DNA of 64,000 bases, from assembly GCA_963710605.1 (NCBI GenBank), contig CAVQBA010000001.1:1-64000 (forward strand), read 5' to 3'. Shown one piece after another: positions 53,383-64,000 of the stretch. The notes beneath the pieces are model-generated. The model ran no database searches. It saw nothing but the letters and a program-made list of their open reading frames with translations, and was not told the origin of the DNA. The translations under genes and the position numbers were made by a program. The stretch comes from an uncultured cyanobacterium. GTDB taxonomy: Bacteria; Cyanobacteriota; Cyanobacteriia; Cyanobacteriales; Cyanobacteriaceae. Every line of letters begins with the position of its first letter. The first letter of the stretch is position 1.

Positions 53383-53649
53383 TTATTCATAATGAGTCCA
53401 CATTCTAATCACTTTAATGCTTTTTGTGTCTTCCAATATTTGATAAACTAAACGATGTTTAATATTAATTCTGCGAGAGTAATATCCTTGTAAATCTCCG
53501 ATTAATTTTTCATAAGGTGGATAAGATTCATAAGGGTTATTTTTAATTACATCAAGTAGATTATTAACTTGCTTACCCAAACCAGAAGAAGCAATTTTTC
53601 TGGCATCTTTTTGAGCCTGTTTTGTAAAAACTAACTCCCAGTTATCCAT
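53383..53649 (-). CDS. yoeB: Txe/YoeB-family toxin
   Basis: PPYEKL.GDL.G.YSRRIN.KHRLVY..WTHYE. Confidence 0.92.
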   Translation of the reverse strand: MDNWELVFTKQAQKDARKIASSGLGKQVNNLLDVIKNNPYESYPPYEKLIGDLQGYYSRRINIKHRLVYQILEDTKSIKVIRMWTHYE

Positions 53650-53902
53650 TTAGAATATTTCTGACAGTTGATTCCTCAATACACTCTGATGATGGTATTT
53701 GTCCTCCTTCTTTGATCGATTCGAGCATATTAGGAATTGAACTTAAATAAAGAGTTTCTTGAATTGCATTCCATTCCGATTCAGAAATTAATACAGCATT
53801 TCCCGTTTTTCCTTTTAATAATATCGGCTGATTCTTGTCAATAGTTTGAACGACTAAATTATTAAGATTATTGTTATCTTGATTAATAGTAACTGTTTCC
53901 AT
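53642..53902 (-). CDS. yefM: Phd/YefM-family antitoxin
   Basis: GNAVLISE.EW.AIQETLYLSSIP.M; overlaps the toxin start. Confidence 0.88.
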   Translation of the reverse strand: METVTINQDNNNLNNLVVQTIDKNQPILLKGKTGNAVLISESEWNAIQETLYLSSIPNMLESIKEGGQIPSSECIEESTVRNILNG

Positions 53903-54241
53903 CTAATTAAACTCCTTAAATTGCAAATAACAAGCTAAACAAGGCAAATCATTATTTTCTTTTTTCAGAATTGACTCTAATTGATTAGGAAAAGAAAATA
54001 AATTATTTTTTCTCTTTATTTTGAAATAAACTAGATAATTCTATTTTCATCACAATTTATTAATGTTGTCGTTATCAGAAAATATTGCCTCAAAATATTT
54101 TGAGCGATTTCATCACAAGAGGCAATATCATTATTTTACAATCATGAATAAGTTAACTATTTATCGATGTGATAATAGTAGGCAGTGCATCGCCCTACAG
54201 TCTTTACTTTTTAGACGTTTGCACCAAACCTCTCTACTAAA

Positions 54242-54982
54242 TTAACTGACTCCTAAATAAGCGGCAACGAGAAATAACCCATCAGTCACAATAGTAGTCA
54301 AAACAGCACTAGCAAAAGCAGTATAATGAAGTTCTTTTTTGATAATACCCCACAAACTGATTGCTAAAAGTATATTCGCTAATAAAATCGCCCAACTAAT
54401 TCCCCAAACACTATGTACTTGCCCGATCGCACCTTCTAGTAAAGGTTTGACTAAAGTCGGGTCAGTTTTCATTATTTCTTGCCAGTAAGGAATCAAACCC
54501 GCAATATAAAAATATAAATCAGTAATCGCTGTACCAATTAATGAGCCTAAATAAAAGTAGTTACCAATTAAACCCCAGCCTCTTTTAATTCCCCATATCG
54601 CAAAAGGTAAACCAATCGCTTCAATCGGAATATGAATAGCAGGATAATCTCTTAACCAACCCCAATAAATCGAACCACATAACCAACTCCAAGCAAAACC
54701 CCAGAGTAAATCACCCCAAAGGTATTTATCTTCTTGTTTTTGCCAATGCCAACCTAAAGCTAACCAAAAACCAGTTAACGCCAAACTTAGCCAAGGTAAT
54801 ACTCTTACTAACGGTGCTTGAAAAAAAACAGGTACTGATACTAAAAATGCCGCCGCAGAAAAAACTAATACTTTTTGACGTTTTTGCTCGTGCCACCACC
54901 AACTGAGAAGAAAACGTACTATATTTTCTTTAGTAGTCGGAACAAAGGTGTTTATTTGGGATAAAAAGGTATGGTATAACAA
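54242..54982 (-). CDS. DUF3120-like membrane protein
   Basis: FLVSVPVFFQAPLVR, WGDLL.GF.WSWL.GSIYWGWLR. Confidence 0.85.
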   Translation of the reverse strand: MLYHTFLSQINTFVPTTKENIVRFLLSWWWHEQKRQKVLVFSAAAFLVSVPVFFQAPLVRVLPWLSLALTGFWLALGWHWQKQEDKYLWGDLLWGFAWSWLCGSIYWGWLRDYPAIHIPIEAIGLPFAIWGIKRGWGLIGNYFYLGSLIGTAITDLYFYIAGLIPYWQEIMKTDPTLVKPLLEGAIGQVHSVWGISWAILLANILLAISLWGIIKKELHYTAFASAVLTTIVTDGLFLVAAYLGVS

Positions 54983-55817
54983 AATTACTTATAATTACTT
55001 AAAATTACTTAATATATCTTCACTCAATCTTAGAATATTTTGTCGATAATTGCTTGGTTTTAGTCTTATCGATCGTCAAAAATTCTGATTAAGTTATCCC
55101 CTAAGGGGGTATATATAGAATCATAACCCGATCTCTGGGAAAAGTCAACTATAACCTAACAGTAATACTTTGGGGTGAAAACCAAAATTATGTAAACTGT
55201 TGATTCTCAGCGATTAATCCAAAGTTAAAGATATTGTTAAGTATTTCGCCCTTGATTGCTATTACGATCGAATCTTTATGAGTATCAGCTTTATTTTTTC
55301 AGTCCATTTGCAAGTGATACAATCGTCTCTTGACAGCCTTTATCCGATCGTACTAATTATATTTGTGGCGTTTCTCATCTTTACTTTACGAGGCACAGTT
55401 TATGTTTTCAAGTTACTAAAAAGCGGTACGAAGCATCCTTTATCCTCCCATAGAATTGAGAGATAGAGGGGGCGGGGAATTTAAAAGAATTTATATGTGC
55501 TTGATAATATTAATAATAGCTATACCTAAATCACAAATATATTTTCTTGTTTCCTATTCACCTGATTCGTTTAATAAATATTGCGTCTATTGGTTTGTAT
55601 CTAACCATTCTTCGGTAAAATGTAAGTGTGTAAAAGAAGGACAAAAGCCGTTATCTAAGATAAATAACAGATCGTAAATCACTTAAAAATAGACGATCGA
55701 AGACAAGAAAAATAGAAATCAGTAAATCGTTAAATAGAAATAGTATTAATGGCGATCGAACGATGTAAAACTCAAGTGGGCTACAATTATGGTAATAGTT
55801 ATCAGTAGTAAATTAAG

Positions 55818-56078
55818 ATGAGCAAAACGGCAACCGTAAGAGCAAGAATCGAACCTGAGTTAAAGAAAAATGTAGAGAATATTTTTGAGCAATTAGGATT
55901 AAGTACAACTGAAGCTATTAATCTTTTTTACAAACAAGTCGAACTACACCACGGATTACCTTTTGAAGTGAAAGTTCCTAATCAGGAGACGAAAATAACT
56001 TTTGAAAAAACCGATCGAAAAGAAGAATTAGTTGATTGTAAAGATGTAGAAGATATGTTTAATCAGCTAGGAATTTAA
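55818..56078 (+). CDS. dinJ: RelB/DinJ-family antitoxin
   Basis: VRARIEPELK..LGLS..EAI.LF.KQV....GLPFEV..PN.ET. Confidence 0.9.
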   Translation: MSKTATVRARIEPELKKNVENIFEQLGLSTTEAINLFYKQVELHHGLPFEVKVPNQETKITFEKTDRKEELVDCKDVEDMFNQLGI

Positions 56079-56080
56079 CA

Positions 56081-56353
56081 ATGATTCCATCTTATACCAA
56101 ACGTTTTCAAAAAGATCTTAAAATTATGCAAAAAAGAGGCAAAAATATCAACAAACTTAAAAAAGTAATTCAAATACTAGTTAATCAAGAACCTTTAGAT
56201 GCAAAATATAGAGATCATAAATTAGTAGGAAATTATCTTAATCGTCGAGAATGTCATATAGAACCTAATTGGTTATTGATATACAAATTAATTCCTCAAG
56301 ATAATCAAATTATATTTGAAAGAACAGGCACACATTCGGATTTATTTAACTAG
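56081..56353 (+). CDS. yafQ: YafQ-family mRNA interferase toxin
   Basis: F.KDLK, YRDH.L.G, RECHIEPNWLLIY, RTGTHSDLF. Confidence 0.93.
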   Translation: MIPSYTKRFQKDLKIMQKRGKNINKLKKVIQILVNQEPLDAKYRDHKLVGNYLNRRECHIEPNWLLIYKLIPQDNQIIFERTGTHSDLFN

Positions 56354-56517
56354 TATCTAATATATTGTCTTCAGTTAACAAATACGGCACTTGTATTATT
56401 CTTGGTCAAAACGACTATAACTGTTAGCGATTGATTATTGATTGTTTATCATCTTGAATATTGTTATTGTTATAAATAATCCAGACTTTCGATCGAATAA
56501 TAGAATAATAATCAATT

Positions 56518-57129
56518 ATGAACAATCAATTAAACACAGAAGAATATAAACGTAAAATGCAACGCCGTAAGCAGGTGCAAGACGAGCGTTTAGCGAAGAT
56601 GAAAGCAGAGAAAGGCTTGATTATTGTCCATACAGGAGATGGTAAAGGAAAAACAACCGCCGCATTAGGAATGGTAATGCGATCGATCGGGCATGGCTAT
56701 AAAGTAGCTATTATTCAATTTATTAAAGGTGCATGGGAACCAGCAGAAAAAGAGATTCTAGCACAATATTCACAACAGTTAGATTTTTATGCGATGGGTG
56801 AAGGTTTTACCTGGGAAACACAAGATAAAGAAAAAGATATTGCCACCGCCGAAAAAGCATGGGCAAAGGCAAAAGAGTTTATCTTAAATCCAGATTATCA
56901 ATTAGTCTTGTTAGATGAAGTAAATATTGCTTTAAAACTTGGCTATCTTAATATTAATGATGTAGTCAGCACTTTAGCCGAAAAACCAGAATCTAATCAT
57001 GTCATTCTCACAGGCAGAGGTGCAAAACCTGAATTGATTGAAGTAGCTGATTTGGTTACCGAAATGAAATTAGTCAAGCATCCATTTAGAGAGCAAGGAG
57101 TCAAAGCCCAAGCAGGGATAGAATTTTAA
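56518..57129 (+). CDS. cobO: Cob(I)yrinic acid a,c-diamide adenosyltransferase
   Basis: TGDGKGKTTAA, QFIKG, GEGFTW, LDE, LTGR, KHPF..G..AQ.GIEF. Confidence 0.95.
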   Translation: MNNQLNTEEYKRKMQRRKQVQDERLAKMKAEKGLIIVHTGDGKGKTTAALGMVMRSIGHGYKVAIIQFIKGAWEPAEKEILAQYSQQLDFYAMGEGFTWETQDKEKDIATAEKAWAKAKEFILNPDYQLVLLDEVNIALKLGYLNINDVVSTLAEKPESNHVILTGRGAKPELIEVADLVTEMKLVKHPFREQGVKAQAGIEF

Positions 57130-57199
57130 GTAATAGGGAATAGGGAATAGGGAATAGGGAATAGGTAAGGAGTAAAAAGTTAGTTTTTTTTATGGATAA

Positions 57200-57682
<483 letters not shown>

Positions 57683-57743
57683 CTAAATATTCACACGCAA
57701 ACTACTTAAATCAAAAACAGTATTCATTCTCAATTCTCAATTC

Positions 57744-58916
57744 TCAATTCTCAATTACCATCGACATTACTTGCTCTAAAGTCTTGGCTAGATTATCAAG
57801 ACTATAATTTTCTTGGCAACGTTGTCGGGCTAATTTGCCTTTATTAATTGCTTCTTCTTGTTCTTCATTTAAAATTAAATTAATTGTTTCAACGATCGTT
57901 TCAGGTGAATTTGGCGGAACTAAATAACCCGTATCCCCTAAAATAATCGGTATATCGCCAACAGTGGAAGCTACGATCGGTTTTGCCATTGCCATCGCTT
58001 CTACTAGCTCTAAAGGACATCTAGCTATCTGTGTAGGCTCATCAGTCGGGCATACCAAGATAATATCAGCAACCTCGATTAAACCCGCTGTTTCTAAAAA
58101 AGGTCGTGCCGCACTTAAGATTAATAACGATGACCATTTTTGATATAACTGTTGTCGGTATTCGTTGTATTGGGGATTACCACCTAAAAGAAACAACCGA
58201 ATTTGAGGATTATTTAATTTAGCTAGGGCTTCTAATAATTCTTCGATGCCTTGATTAGGTTTAACAGTACCCGTAATCATGACTAATTTAAAATCATCTA
58301 AACCAATTTGTTGACGTATTTGTTGACGATCGAATCTAGCCCGATTATAAACTTCTGTATTGACACAATTAGGTAGATAAGTGCCACCATAACGAAATTC
58401 TAAAAATTTACTACTAACCGTAATACCATTAACACGATCGAGCATATTTTCTAACGCTCTTAAATAAACAGGATGTTGCGGATTCGCTAGTTTACCACGA
58501 GCTGAAAGTACACTACTAAACAAATTACCTTCATACTCAGATTCTTCTTCTCCCCATTTAGCTATCTCCCAATCATCTAAATCGATAATAATTGGTTTTT
58601 GATTCTTCTTTCGCCACGTCTTTAACAAAGCCAAACCAAAACTAGTTAATTGCGGTTTGATGACATATAAAATATCACCTTCAATATCCGCTAAAAATTT
58701 GCTCGCTATTTTAACTAAATTGGGTAACTTAGAACCGCCGATATAAGCGATCGGTATATTATAAGGAGGTTCTGGGTACATTTGTTCACCAAAAATAAAA
58801 CCCAGAATTTTTACTTCATAACCAATTTTTTGTAATCCTTGTGCAATAATATATGCTCTAGTCGTACCCAGCGACGAAACATCAGGAACTAAAATCGAAA
58901 TTTTTTGGGGGGTCAT
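57744..58916 (-). CDS. GT4-family glycosyltransferase
   Basis: EAMAMAKPIVASTVGDIP..G.LV.P. Confidence 0.85.
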   Translation of the reverse strand: MTPQKISILVPDVSSLGTTRAYIIAQGLQKIGYEVKILGFIFGEQMYPEPPYNIPIAYIGGSKLPNLVKIASKFLADIEGDILYVIKPQLTSFGLALLKTWRKKNQKPIIIDLDDWEIAKWGEEESEYEGNLFSSVLSARGKLANPQHPVYLRALENMLDRVNGITVSSKFLEFRYGGTYLPNCVNTEVYNRARFDRQQIRQQIGLDDFKLVMITGTVKPNQGIEELLEALAKLNNPQIRLFLLGGNPQYNEYRQQLYQKWSSLLILSAARPFLETAGLIEVADIILVCPTDEPTQIARCPLELVEAMAMAKPIVASTVGDIPIILGDTGYLVPPNSPETIVETINLILNEEQEEAINKGKLARQRCQENYSLDNLAKTLEQVMSMVIEN

Positions 58917-58964
58917 AAAGTAAAATGAATTAGATATGAAGAATTATTACATTATTAATCATCA

Positions 58965-59738
58965 ATGAATATTATCAGAATACCCGTCTTAAGTGACAAC
59001 TATATCTTTTTACTCCATGATACGCAACTAAATACAGTAGCAGTAGTTGATCCAGCCCTTGCTGAACCAGTACTCGAAAAAATTAATGAATTAGATGCAA
59101 AATTAGTAGCCATATTTAATACTCATCATCATAGTGATCATGTAGGAGGAAACAAAGAATTATTAAAACATTTTCCATCAGCAGAAGTATATGGCGGAAA
59201 AAACGATCGAGGTAGAATTCCACAGCAAAAATATTTCCTAGAAGAACAAGATGTGGTAGAGTTTGCCCAAAGGAAAGCGGATGTATATTTTGTCCCCGGA
59301 CATACTAAAGCCCATATCGCTTATTATTTTCCACCGATAAATGAAGGCGAATGGGGTGAACTTTTTTGTGGTGATACCATCTTTGCTGGTGGTTGTGGAC
59401 GTTTATTTGAAGGCACTCCTACTCAAATGGTAGATTCGATCGGTAAATTAAGAAACTTACCTGACACAACTAGAATATGGTGTGCTCATGAATATACATT
59501 AAATAATTTAAAATTTGCATTAACAGTAGATGTTGACAATCAAGAGTTACAAAAACGCTTTAAGCAAGTTACCCTAGACAGGGAAAACAATATTCCGACA
59601 GTACCAACTACTATGGAAATGGAAAAATTAACTAATCCTTTTTTGCGTTGGGATGATTCAAACATCACCTCAGCAATGGCTTTAGAAGAACCAGCAAGAG
59701 TTTTTGGACGTTTGAGAGGCATGAAAGATAATTTTTAG
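58965..59738 (+). CDS. gloB: Hydroxyacylglutathione hydrolase (glyoxalase II)
   Basis: THHHSDHVGG, PGHT, FCGDT.F.GGCGRLFEG, CAHEYT, NPFLR. Confidence 0.95.
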   Translation: MNIIRIPVLSDNYIFLLHDTQLNTVAVVDPALAEPVLEKINELDAKLVAIFNTHHHSDHVGGNKELLKHFPSAEVYGGKNDRGRIPQQKYFLEEQDVVEFAQRKADVYFVPGHTKAHIAYYFPPINEGEWGELFCGDTIFAGGCGRLFEGTPTQMVDSIGKLRNLPDTTRIWCAHEYTLNNLKFALTVDVDNQELQKRFKQVTLDRENNIPTVPTTMEMEKLTNPFLRWDDSNITSAMALEEPARVFGRLRGMKDNF

Positions 59739-59826
59739 TTATGATTATGGCTAAAGAATATTTTAATTCCTTCAAAGATATTAAATTATTAACAAAATCT
59801 ATCTGAATTGATTGTGTGAGGACAAA

Positions 59827-61320
59827 ATGACAGAAGGAAAATTACCCAACTCAGGGATTAGTAATAATACCCTAAAACAAAGAAGGAAAGTTGTTAAAGC
59901 TAGACCAAAAAATACCCCTGCCAAATCTAAATTTAGTCGGAAACATTTCTTTCTCGGTTTTGGTTTTAGTGGTATCGCTGTTTTTTCAATTGGTATTGGT
60001 GCTTTATTAGCGTTATCTTTATCAGGTACACCTCTTAAACAAGTACGTTTGACCCCTGAGGAGGAAGCTGTTTTTAATAATGAAGAAACCGTAACTTTCG
60101 ATAATTTAAATATTTCTAAACTTTCTCGCCCTGTTAATATTTTAGTGATGGGAATTAAAGTATTGACAACTGATGTGCCTAACCAGAAACACGAAGATGT
60201 TGGTTATCATGCTTTAGTCAATTCTTTTCAAGGTTTGTCTGATAGTATGCTACTAATTAGGTTTGACCCTGAGCAAGATCATGTTAGCGTTTTATCTATT
60301 CCTCGTGATACCAAAAGTTATGTTGAAGGTAAAGGGATAACTAAAATCAATTCGGCGAATCAAGTGGGTGGCCCTGCTTTAGCGGCTGAGTCGGTAAGTG
60401 GTTTACTTAATGATGTCAAAATCGATCGTTATGTTCGTATTAATGTCCAAGGTATTGAAAAATTGATTGATGCTTTAGGTGGCGTTAATCTCTATGTACC
60501 TCAAGATATGAAATATACTGATCACAGTCAACATTTATATATTGACCTTAAACAAGGGCAACAACGTCTGAATGGAGATAGAGCGTTACAGTTTCTACGT
60601 TTTCGTTACGACGCTTATGGTGATATTGGTCGAGTACAACGTCAACAAACTTTTATGCGTGCTTTAATCGAACAAGCTTTGAATCCGAAAACTATTCTTC
60701 GTTTACCTGATATTTTAGACGTAGTTCGATCGCATTTAGATACTAATTTAAGTACCAATGAATTGATCGCTATATCAGCTTTTGCGGCACAAAAAAGTCG
60801 ATCGGATGTCAAAATGGTGATGTTACCCGGTGATTTTAATCAGCCAGAAGAAGGGCAAGCTAGTTATTGGTTACCTCATACCAGCAAAATAGAACAGATA
60901 ATGACAGAACATTTTGCGGTTGAATCTGATGAATTTGATTATCAAATAGCGACAACTGATAACGAATTTAATCCTCGTCGTCTAAAAATTGCTGTTCAAA
61001 CTAATGAAGAAAATCGAGAAAATGCTCGACAATTAGTTAGTTATTTAAGAACAAATGGTTATCGTGGTGTCTATCTCACTCCTCAAATTTATGCTAAACC
61101 GCTTTCGGAAACTAAAATAATTGCTCAGCAAGGAGATAATTTGTCAGCAGTTAAAATTCGTGCTGATTTAGGTTTAGGTGAAGTATTAGTTCAAAGCACA
61201 GGGGTGATTAATTCTGATATTACCATTCAAGTAGGACAAGATTGGGATGATTCTCCTTTCAATCCTTTTTATCAAGAACAAAATGATGATTTTCAAACTA
61301 TTTCTTATGAAAATGAGTAA
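59827..61320 (+). CDS. LCP (LytR-CpsA-Psr) family protein with LytR C-terminal domain
   Basis: SDSMLL..LSIPRDT, KINSAN, RFR.D..GDIGRVQRQ; ATG at 59827 (start uncertain). Confidence 0.9.
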   Translation: MTEGKLPNSGISNNTLKQRRKVVKARPKNTPAKSKFSRKHFFLGFGFSGIAVFSIGIGALLALSLSGTPLKQVRLTPEEEAVFNNEETVTFDNLNISKLSRPVNILVMGIKVLTTDVPNQKHEDVGYHALVNSFQGLSDSMLLIRFDPEQDHVSVLSIPRDTKSYVEGKGITKINSANQVGGPALAAESVSGLLNDVKIDRYVRINVQGIEKLIDALGGVNLYVPQDMKYTDHSQHLYIDLKQGQQRLNGDRALQFLRFRYDAYGDIGRVQRQQTFMRALIEQALNPKTILRLPDILDVVRSHLDTNLSTNELIAISAFAAQKSRSDVKMVMLPGDFNQPEEGQASYWLPHTSKIEQIMTEHFAVESDEFDYQIATTDNEFNPRRLKIAVQTNEENRENARQLVSYLRTNGYRGVYLTPQIYAKPLSETKIIAQQGDNLSAVKIRADLGLGEVLVQSTGVINSDITIQVGQDWDDSPFNPFYQEQNDDFQTISYENE

Positions 61321-61515
61321 TAATTAACAGTTGATAGGGATTAGGAGTTAGGAGTGAAGATTGAGTAATGAGTAAGAAGTAAAGAGTAAGAAGTAATGAG
61401 TAAGAAGTAAAGAGTATTAATTGCTAATCCCCAATCCCTAAAACCTAATCTGTTATCTGTTCACTATTTACTGTTATCAATTATGATAATTATGGTTCAT
61501 TATCTATAATCATCA

Positions 61516-62472
61516 ATGAGTTATCAACAAGAAAAAGAAGTAGCTATCAAAGCTGTTATCAAAGCCGCTAAGTTATGTCAAAGAGTCCGAGAGGATATTC
61601 CTCCTGCGATCGAAAAAAAAGATAAAAGTCCTGTTACTGTCGCCGATTTTGGTTCTCAGGCAATTATCTGTAAAGCTTTAAAAGAAGCATTTCCCTCTGC
61701 TCAGATTGTCGGGGAAGAAGATGCTACTGCTTTACGCAAAGAAGGGCAAGAGGCAACAGTTGAAAAAATTACGGGTTATGTATCTGAAGTAATCGAGACA
61801 GCCACCACAGATAATGTACTTGATTGGATTGATTATGGTAACGGTAAAGTAGCCGATCGTTTTTGGACTTTAGATCCGATCGATGGCACAAAAGGGTTCT
61901 TACGTCAAGATCAATATGCGATCGCTTTAGCATTAATTGAAGATGGCGAAGTTAAATTTGGTATTTTAGGCTGTCCTGCTTTAAGTTTTGATGAAGGTGA
62001 GACAGGATTCATTTTTACTGCCATTAAAGGTGAAGGTAGTTATCGGATGCCCATTACAGGTGGCGAAGAGACTAAATTAGAAGTAGTTAAAAGTGATGAT
62101 GTTAGTCGTTTCCGTTTTGTCGAAAGTGTAGAAGCCGCTCATGGTAATCAAGATCTACAAAATTCGATCGCTAAAGCTGTGGGAATCACCAGCGATTCAG
62201 TTAGAGTTGATTCTCAAGCCAAATATGGTATTGTCTCTTCAGGTGAAGCCGCTTTATATTTAAGATTACCTTCTCCTAAATATCCTGACTATCGAGAGAA
62301 TATTTGGGATCACGCCGCAGGAGCGATCGTAGTCGAAGAAGCAGGCGGTAAAGTAACCGATATGTATGGCAAACCACTAGATTTCGCTACAGCTAGTAAA
62401 ATGCACGATAATCGAGGTGTAATTGTTAGTAGTGGTCCAATTCACGACGCTGTGATAGAAGCACTTAAATAA
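61516..62472 (+). CDS. HAL2-like 3'(2'),5'-bisphosphate nucleotidase
   Basis: DKSPVTVADF, GEED, WTLDPIDGTKGF, DSQAKY, WDHAAG. Confidence 0.92.
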   Translation: MSYQQEKEVAIKAVIKAAKLCQRVREDIPPAIEKKDKSPVTVADFGSQAIICKALKEAFPSAQIVGEEDATALRKEGQEATVEKITGYVSEVIETATTDNVLDWIDYGNGKVADRFWTLDPIDGTKGFLRQDQYAIALALIEDGEVKFGILGCPALSFDEGETGFIFTAIKGEGSYRMPITGGEETKLEVVKSDDVSRFRFVESVEAAHGNQDLQNSIAKAVGITSDSVRVDSQAKYGIVSSGEAALYLRLPSPKYPDYRENIWDHAAGAIVVEEAGGKVTDMYGKPLDFATASKMHDNRGVIVSSGPIHDAVIEALK

Positions 62473-62874
62473 TTAGTAATTAATCATTAGTAATTAATAA
62501 TTGAAATCTTTTTTTTTAATTACATTGTTAGGTCATGATTATTTGACCTAATTACTCAATTATTCACTGATCTTATATTTGATGATTTTTTGACTGTTTT
62601 AAACGATCGAAATAAAAATTTTGTCGCTGGTAGCTTACTAAAGTTCAAGTTATTATTTATTTAAGTTTCGATAAAGAAGTTGATTATTTTAAATCGGTCA
62701 ATAACAATCTTCTTAGACACAAGTACTAACACTCAGATAAAATAATAAAAAGCAGAGGCTTAAATAGTTTTGTCAATCAACTATTAACCTGTCTTGCTTA
62801 GTCAGCATTCTATATGCGTCTGTCGCATTACTAGCAGGCTTATGAGCGCTATTAACTATTAACTATTAACTAAA

Positions 62875-64000
62875 ATGACTATTGCTCGTACTATTTGCCT
62901 TGGCTTTTTAGCAGTAATTGTTATCGGCACAATCTTGTTAATGACACCTTTGGCAACAGAAACAGGAGAATGGAACAACTTAATTACCGCTTTGTTTACC
63001 TCTACTTCGGCTGTTTGTGTCACTGGATTGATTGTTGTTGATACTGGCTCTTATTATTCTTTTGTCGGTGAATTAATTATTTTATGCTTGATTCAAATTG
63101 GTGGGTTAGGTTACATGACAACCACTACCTTCTTAATTCTGTTGATTGGTAAAAAATTTGATTTCAGTCAAAAAATTGCGATTAGTGAATCATTCGATTG
63201 ACCTTTTATCCTTGGTAGTCGTAATTTACTTATTTCTGTATTTGCCACCACAATTATCTTTGAATTATCGGCTATTTTTTTGTTATTACCCACTTTTTCC
63301 CAAGATTTTGGTTTTAAAAAAGGGTTATGGCTTTCAGTTTTTCATGCTATAAGTGCTTGGAATAATGCAGGATTTAGTCTTTTTGTTGATAGTTTAACGC
63401 CTTATCAAAGCTCTTTAATTTTTAATTTGGTCATCACCGCTTTAATTATTTTTGGTGGTATTGGTTATCAAGTAATTATCGAATGTTATTTATCGCTAAT
63501 TGATTTATTTAATCGTCGTCCACGTTGTAAGTATGATTTTTCTCTTAACTTTAAAGTAGTTATAAGTACTACGGTTGTACTTTTAGGTTTAGGAACGATC
63601 GCTTTTTTGATGACCGAGTATAATAACCCCGAAACTCTTGCTTCTTTATCTTTTCGTGAAAAATTAATTGCGGCTTGGTTTCAATCTGTCACAACTCGTA
63701 CCGCAGGTTTTAATACGATCGATATTGGTCAAATGACCACAGCAGGATTGTTTATCACGATCGGTTTAATGTTTGTTGGTGCAAGCCCTAGTGGTACAGG
63801 AGGCGGGATTAAAACAACAACTCTCAGCATTTTAGCTAATACAACTAAAGCCGTATTAAAAGGACAAGAACAAGTAATAGTTTATAAAAGAGAAGTCGCT
63901 TTTGGGTTGATATTAAAAGCAATTGGTGTTGTTTTTGGTTCGGTAGTTACGGTTATCTCCGTTATTGTGTTACTCACAGTGCTTCATCCTGAATTTGAAT
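62875..64000 (+). pseudogene. ktrB: KtrB/TrkH K+ uptake membrane subunit, in-frame TGA at 63199-63201, runs off the window end
   Basis: LFTSTSAVCVTGL, IQIGGLG; the same frame after the stop gives FHAISAWNNAGFSL, FQSVTTRTAGF, MFVGASPSGTGGGIKTTT. Confidence 0.88.

Noticed and set aside
54063-55677. ORFs 54063..54245, 55278..55466 and 55456..55677, and a stop-interrupted minus-strand frame near 55550-55680
   Set aside because: No recognisable family; they cross REP-like sequence and cannot be supported without a search.
61516-62472. Functional linkage of the PAP phosphatase to the sulfotransferase cluster
   Set aside because: Biochemically plausible but more than 40 kb apart, with no sequence evidence of co-regulation.
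63146-63352. Separate 68-aa ORF, or selenocysteine readthrough of the ktrB TGA
   Set aside because: The ORF is out of frame within ktrB. The stop position fits Arg (CGA), not Cys, and I saw no SECIS-like hairpin.

Overview
AT-rich cyanobacterial chromosome segment (psbZ, ctpA, desC, frequent CGATCG/HIP1-core sites, heptamer STRR tandems; a Cyanobacterium/Geminocystis-like lineage is my inference). From about 8.3 kb to 64 kb it is mostly core genes with many small repeats in the intergenic DNA (MITEs, GTAG-type REPs, ~50-bp structured SDR-like elements). The first ~8.3 kb, on the 3' side of tRNA-Arg(CCG), is a nested mobile region with three layers. (1) An island integrase, of which only the C-terminal ~100 codons are present and which the ORF track misses. 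(2) An IS200/IS605 (IS1341-type) tnpB element that cut the integrase at a TTAC site. (3) A Tn554-like operon that interrupts that tnpB two codons after its RuvC-I catalytic Asp. The operon has three tyrosine recombinases (one with three tandem N-terminal zinc ribbons), a TnpC with a C-terminal extension resembling replication-initiator tails, and a translationally coupled DnaB-family helicase. This is the best candidate for an undescribed system. Several frameshifts or stops (dnaB, a sulfotransferase, a GT2, ktrB) may be sequencing errors. All calls are by eye; no searches were run.
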